From: Phenylobacterium sp.
GTDB taxonomy: Bacteria > Pseudomonadota > Alphaproteobacteria > Caulobacterales > Caulobacteraceae
Assembly: GCF_030697305.1 (NCBI RefSeq)
Contig: NZ_JAUYQL010000038.1
Coordinates: 23,531 to 87,530, forward strand
Direction: 5' to 3'
Length of the DNA stretch: 64,000 nt
Part shown: in pieces, positions 59,698 to 64,000 of the stretch
Numbering within the stretch: position 1 is the first letter of the stretch
Layout: every line of letters begins with the position of its first letter
Program-made: the position numbers and the translations under genes
The notes under the pieces: model-generated
Seen by the model: only the letters and a program-made list of their open reading frames with translations
Database searches by the model: none
Told to the model about the DNA's origin: nothing

Positions 59698-61260
59698 ATG
59701 GACGACGGCGCGGCGCGGCAGACCACGGAACGGACGGATCGCCTGGAGCGGCTCGCGCCTGGCCAGCCAGTGATCTATGGCGGCGATCGGGTGACCCATG
59801 TGGGGGCCGAGCTCGCCGCCGCCTTCCGCCCCGGTGATCGGCTGGTGGTGGTGCAGGACGACGGCGCGCTGCTGCATGTGCCGGCCGCCCAGCATGCGCT
59901 GGCCTCTCATGCCGTCGACCGGGCTCTGACCGCGTTCCAGGCCATGGGCGCAGTCGCCGATGCGCAGATCACCGCCTTCTTCGAGGCGTTCGCCGCCCGA
60001 CTCGAGGACGAGGCCGCCTGGGGCGCGATCGCCCGGGCCAACGCCGCAGACGTCGAGCGCGCCCAGGCGCGGGGCCGATCGACCACCCGGCTGGCGATCA
60101 GCGAGGCGATGCGCCGAGACATGACCGCAGGCCTACGGGCCTGGCGCGACACGCCGCCGCCCCGCGACGCGGTGATCGAGCGGGTCGAACATGCGGGGTG
60201 GAGCGTCGAGCAGACCGCGGCGCCGCTGGGCGTGGTGGGCTTCGTGTTCGAGGGTCGGCCCAATGTGTTCGCCGACGCCACCGGCGTGCTGCGGGGCGGC
60301 AACACCGTGGTGTTCCGCATCGGCTCCGATGCGCTCGGCACCGCGCGCGCCATCGTCGACTTCGCCCTGGATCCGGCGCTCGCCGAAGCGGGCCTGCCGG
60401 CGGGCGCCGCCAGCCTGGTTGACAGCGCCGAGCACGCCGCCGGCTGGGCGATGTTCGGCGACCGGCGCCTGGCGCTGGCCGTGGCTCGCGGCTCTGGTCC
60501 CGCCGTCGCGCAACTGGGGGCCATCGCGCGGCAGGCCGGCACGCCGGTCAGCTTGCACGGCACGGGCGGCGCCTGGATGGTCGCCGACGCAAGCGCGAAC
60601 GCGGATCGCCTGTTCGCCGCCGCCTATCACTCGCTGGACCGCAAGGTCTGCAACACCCTGAACGTCTGCTGCATCGTCCGCGCGCGGGCCGCCGAGCTGG
60701 TCCCGGCTTTCCTGCAAGCGCTCGAACGCGCCGGCGAGCGTCGCGCAGGCTGGAAGCTGCATGTCGCGGGGGGCTCGGAAAGCTACCTCCCGGCCGGCTG
60801 GCTGGATCGCCGCGGCCCGGTCGTGCGCGCCGAGGGGGTCCGCGAGGAGGCGCTGGTGGAGATCATCGCCGACGCCGACCTCGCCCGCGAGTGGGAATGG
60901 GAGGAGACGCCGGAGGTCTCCTTGCGCATTGTCGACGACCTGGACGAGGCGGTGGCCCTGTTCAACCGCTACAGCCCGCAGTTCACCGCCTCGCTGATCG
61001 CCTCGGACGCCGAAGCGCACCTGCGGTTCTACGCGGCGATCAACGCGCCGTTCGTCGGCGACGGCTTCACCCGCTGGGTTGATGGCCAGTACGCCCTCGA
61101 CCGGCCGGAGCTCGGCTTATCGAATTGGGAGCACGGACGGCTGTTCGCGCGCGGCGCGGTGCTGGCCGGCGACGGCGTGTTCAGCGTGCGCACCCGCGTG
61201 CGCCAGACCGATCCCCACTTGGACCGCGCCGGCGCGCCGACGCCCGCGCGCAAGCCCTGA
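59698..61260 (+). CDS. proA: Divergent gamma-glutamyl phosphate reductase with N-terminal extension
   Basis: 'PLGVVGFVFEGRPNV', 'GN....R.GS.A', catalytic 'VCN', position between proB and nadD. Confidence 0.75.
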   Translation: MDDGAARQTTERTDRLERLAPGQPVIYGGDRVTHVGAELAAAFRPGDRLVVVQDDGALLHVPAAQHALASHAVDRALTAFQAMGAVADAQITAFFEAFAARLEDEAAWGAIARANAADVERAQARGRSTTRLAISEAMRRDMTAGLRAWRDTPPPRDAVIERVEHAGWSVEQTAAPLGVVGFVFEGRPNVFADATGVLRGGNTVVFRIGSDALGTARAIVDFALDPALAEAGLPAGAASLVDSAEHAAGWAMFGDRRLALAVARGSGPAVAQLGAIARQAGTPVSLHGTGGAWMVADASANADRLFAAAYHSLDRKVCNTLNVCCIVRARAAELVPAFLQALERAGERRAGWKLHVAGGSESYLPAGWLDRRGPVVRAEGVREEALVEIIADADLAREWEWEETPEVSLRIVDDLDEAVALFNRYSPQFTASLIASDAEAHLRFYAAINAPFVGDGFTRWVDGQYALDRPELGLSNWEHGRLFARGAVLAGDGVFSVRTRVRQTDPHLDRAGAPTPARKP

Positions 61261-61277
61261 GCCGTAGCGCCCACGCG

Positions 61278-61928
61278 ATGTGGTCCGACCGCCCCGCCAC
61301 GCGCGGTCAAGCCGCAGGCCGCCCAAAGGCCCTGCGCCTGGGGTTCTCTCTGCAGCCCGGCATGCGCGTCGGCCTCTACGGCGGCTCGTTCAACCCGGCC
61401 CATGCCGGCCACGCCCATGTCGCCGAAACCGCTCTGACCCGGCTCCGACTGGATCAGGTGATCTGGCTGGTCTCCCCGCAGAACCCGCTGAAGCCCAGCG
61501 ACGGCATGGCCGGCGCCGCCGAACGCATGGCGTCGGCGGATCGATGGGCGCGAGGCCCATCGATGCGCGTCTCCGACCTCGAGCGCCGCCTGGGGTCGGC
61601 CTACACGATTGACACCCTGCGCCGGCTGCGGGCGCGCTTTCCGGCGGTGCGTTTCGTCTGGATCATGGGCGCCGACGGCCTGGCGTCCTTCCATCTCTGG
61701 AAAGGGTGGGCGGATATCCTGCGCGAGGTTCCCATGGCCGTCGTCGCCCGCCCTGGGATGACCTTGCGGGCCCTGTCGTCGCCGGCGGCCCGGCGCTTCA
61801 CTTCCGCGCGACGCAGGTCGAGCGCCGCCGCGACCCTGCCGGGCGCCTCGCCGCCCGCCTGGGTGTTCCTGGTTGCGCCGCTGCACTTCGAATCGTCCAC
61901 TGCGCTGCGCAAGGCCGCCTCCGTGTGA
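61278..61928 (+). CDS. nadD: Nicotinate-nucleotide adenylyltransferase
   Basis: 'GLYGGSFNPAHAGH', 'SPQNPLK', 'YT.DTL', 'WIMGAD....H.W', 'SST'. Confidence 0.92.
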   Translation: MWSDRPATRGQAAGRPKALRLGFSLQPGMRVGLYGGSFNPAHAGHAHVAETALTRLRLDQVIWLVSPQNPLKPSDGMAGAAERMASADRWARGPSMRVSDLERRLGSAYTIDTLRRLRARFPAVRFVWIMGADGLASFHLWKGWADILREVPMAVVARPGMTLRALSSPAARRFTSARRRSSAAATLPGASPPAWVFLVAPLHFESSTALRKAASV

Positions 61929-61999
61929 GGTGGATTGACGTGTGCGTGATGGCCGGCTGACCCGGTGGCCGCGACGTGCTAGGCTCGCGCGTAGCGAGG

Positions 62000-62431
62000 A
62001 TGACAAGGAGTAACCCGCTGGACCACGATTCCGCGCCGCGCGCGCAGAAGGATGACGGCCTGTCCGATCCTTCCCATCCCCAGGGCCGCATTCAAGCCCT
62101 GGAAGAGCTGATCCTGAGCCGACTTGATGACGACAAGGCGCAGGACGTTGTCTTCATTGACTTGAAGGGCAAGAGCGCCATGGCCGACGGCCTGGTGGTG
62201 GCGTCTGGCCGCTCCCACCGCCACGTCGGCGCGATGGCCGACCACCTGCTGCGCGCCCTGAAGGAACAGGGTTACGGCAAGGCGCGTGTCGAGGGCATGC
62301 CGCATTGCGACTGGGTGCTGATCGACACCGGCGACGTGATCATCCACCTGTTCCGGCCGGAAGTGCGGTCGTTCTACAACATCGAGAAGATCTGGTCGGT
62401 GGAGCCGCCGACGCAATCCGTGGCGATGTGA
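62000..62431 (+). CDS. rsfS: Ribosome silencing factor (start uncertain)
   Basis: 'DDKAQDVV.IDL', 'SGRS.RHV', 'WVL.D.GDVI.H.F..E.R.FYN.EK.W'. Confidence 0.92.
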   Translation: MTRSNPLDHDSAPRAQKDDGLSDPSHPQGRIQALEELILSRLDDDKAQDVVFIDLKGKSAMADGLVVASGRSHRHVGAMADHLLRALKEQGYGKARVEGMPHCDWVLIDTGDVIIHLFRPEVRSFYNIEKIWSVEPPTQSVAM

Positions 62432-62892
62432 GGGTCACGATCCTCGCCGTCGGCCGCCTGGCCAAGGGCCCGGAAGCCGACCTTGTTCAGACCTACGTCC
62501 AGCGCGCCGCCGCGGCAGGACGCTCGCTGGGCCTCTCGCCCGTAGACGCCGTCGAAGTTGAGGCGCGCAAGCCCGGCAAGGCCGCCGAGGCCGAGGTGCT
62601 GCGCCCGCACCTGGCCGGCGCCCATGTGATCGCCTGCGACGAGCGCGGCGCGGCGCGCACCTCCCGCGCCCTCGCGATCGAGCTTGGACGCCTGCGCGAC
62701 GAGGGCGCCCGGCGCGCGGTGTTCGTGATAGGCGGCGCGGACGGCCTTGAGCCTGCGCTGGTCGAACAGGCCGATGCGACCCTGGCGTTCGGACCGCAGA
62801 CCTGGCCGCATGCACTGGCTCGCGTGATGCTCGCCGAGCAGATCTACCGCGCGACCACAATCCTCGCCGGCGGCCCCTACCATCGTGACTGA
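62428..62892 (+). CDS. rlmH: 23S rRNA pseudouridine-1915 N3-methyltransferase
   Basis: 'AVGRL', 'DERG', 'FVIGGADG', 'TWPH.LAR.ML.EQ.YRA', 'GGPYHR'; GTG start. Confidence 0.92.
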   Translation: MRVTILAVGRLAKGPEADLVQTYVQRAAAAGRSLGLSPVDAVEVEARKPGKAAEAEVLRPHLAGAHVIACDERGAARTSRALAIELGRLRDEGARRAVFVIGGADGLEPALVEQADATLAFGPQTWPHALARVMLAEQIYRATTILAGGPYHRD

Positions 62893-62911
62893 GGAAGGCC
62901 TAATCGAAGGC

Positions 62912-63763
62912 ATGGCCGCCGTCCTGAAGCCCCCCCGCCTTCCCGCGCTGGCGATCGTCGCCACGGCGGCGATCGCGGCCGTGGCCGTCGCCCAACCTAG
63001 CGAGCGCGAGCGTCTGGAGCGGCTGAACCTCAAGGAAACGGTGCTTACCGCCGAGCAGGGCCGCAACATGAACCAGCTGTCCAAGCTGCTGTCGGTCCAG
63101 GAGCGCATCCGGCGCGACCCGCCGCCAGCGCTCCTGGTCAGCCCGGGCGACGCGCGCAACGCGGTACGCGCCGCGATCCTGGTCAAGGCGATGACGCCTG
63201 AGCTGCAGAAGCGCGCCCAGACCTACGCCGCCGAGGCCGGCGAGATCGCCCGTCTGCGCCGTCTGGCTGCGGTTCAGAGCGAGGCGCTGTTCACCGCCGA
63301 GAGCGAGCTGGCCGAACGCCCGGCCGGACTGCGGGGGGCGGTGTCGCCTGGTGAAAAGCCGCAGGTGATGCCGGTTCTGCCACCGACCATGCTGTCGATC
63401 CCGACTCCCGGGCCTATGAAGCATGCATTCGGTGATCGTCTGGCGGGCGGTCTCAGCAACGGACTGACCCTCGACGCCCAACCGAACGCCATGGTCCGCA
63501 GCCCGGGCGACGGCCTCGTGCAATATGTAGGGCCGGTAAAGGGCTGGGGCGTTATATTGATATTGAGACTGTCGGGCGGATACCATCTGGTGCTGGCGGG
63601 TTTGGAACGGACGTCTGTTGACGTCGGACAATCCGTCGCGGCCGGAACGCCTGTCGGTTGGATGCCCGATGGAAGACAATCGGACTCGGAGCTCTATCTT
63701 GAGGTCCGGGATCAGGGCGCGCCCGTAGATCCGGCGCGTTGGTTGAAGATCGGGGCGCGTTAG
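62912..63763 (+). CDS. envC: EnvC/LdpF-like murein hydrolase activator (degenerate LytM/M23)
   Basis: Signal peptide, coiled coil, LytM domain lacking the Zn ligands (SNGLTL, LAGL in place of HxxxD, HxH); upstream of S41 protease. Confidence 0.78.
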   Translation: MAAVLKPPRLPALAIVATAAIAAVAVAQPSERERLERLNLKETVLTAEQGRNMNQLSKLLSVQERIRRDPPPALLVSPGDARNAVRAAILVKAMTPELQKRAQTYAAEAGEIARLRRLAAVQSEALFTAESELAERPAGLRGAVSPGEKPQVMPVLPPTMLSIPTPGPMKHAFGDRLAGGLSNGLTLDAQPNAMVRSPGDGLVQYVGPVKGWGVILILRLSGGYHLVLAGLERTSVDVGQSVAAGTPVGWMPDGRQSDSELYLEVRDQGAPVDPARWLKIGAR

Positions 63764-63830
63764 CCTCGGGGTTGATTGGGGCCCGGACTGTTAAGCGGCT
63801 GTAGCTGCAAGGGAGCCTGACGGCAGGCGT

Positions 63831-64000
63831 ATGAGAAAGTATCTTCTGATCGGCGCGTCCGCATTCGTCCTTGGCGCAGGCGCCATGGCCTATGTGAGCC
63901 AGCAAGCCCTGGCCGCGGCCCAGCCCAAGGCCAAGACCTACCGGATGCTCGGCCTGTTCGGCGACGTGCTGGACACCGTCGAGCGCCAGTATGTGTCCGA
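63831..64000 (+). CDS. ctpA: S41/CtpA carboxy-terminal protease, 5' fragment (runs off window)
   Basis: MRKYLLIGASAFVLGAGAMAYV...TYRMLGLFGDVLDTVERQYV; typical S41A N-terminus; follows envC. Confidence 0.75.
   Translation, partial: MRKYLLIGASAFVLGAGAMAYVSQQALAAAQPKAKTYRMLGLFGDVLDTVERQYVS

Noticed and set aside
62912-63763. M23 peptidase lacking zinc ligands as a pseudogene
   Set aside because: Degenerate LytM is the normal state of EnvC/LdpF amidase activators; the ORF is intact.

Overview
High-GC (roughly 70% by eye) alphaproteobacterial chromosome segment. Gene content and order point to Caulobacteraceae, probably Phenylobacterium-like (inference). It is mostly core genome: flmAB/pseBC, chvIG-hprK-EIIA-HPr, bioB, ahcY, asd/leuBDC, rplS-trmD-rimM-rpsP-ffh, murI, ahpCD-oxyR, dapF-mtaB, ftsY, rplU-rpmA-obgE-proBA-nadD-rsfS-rlmH-envC-ctpA, with small accessory cassettes in between. 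I saw no rRNA, tRNA, CRISPR array, transposase or phage genes. Best candidate for an undescribed system: a divergent pair at 49600-51918 made of an excisionase/MerR-type HTH fused to a citrate-synthase domain and a stand-alone citrate-synthase paralogue with Glu at the catalytic Asp position. Three phased ATTGAY direct repeats sit in the 75-bp gap between them, which suggests an enzyme-fold one-component regulator. Other points of interest: a coupled cyclase/hydratase/His-less hydrolase cassette, an SOS-box-controlled VOC gene, a YqjI-like PadR with a triple operator, Zur/Fur/SahR/OxyR/EcfG-like sites, a three-copy REP-like family, a divergent ProA and a disordered Arg/Tyr-rich lipoprotein. 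All assignments are from motif recognition by eye; no database searches were run.
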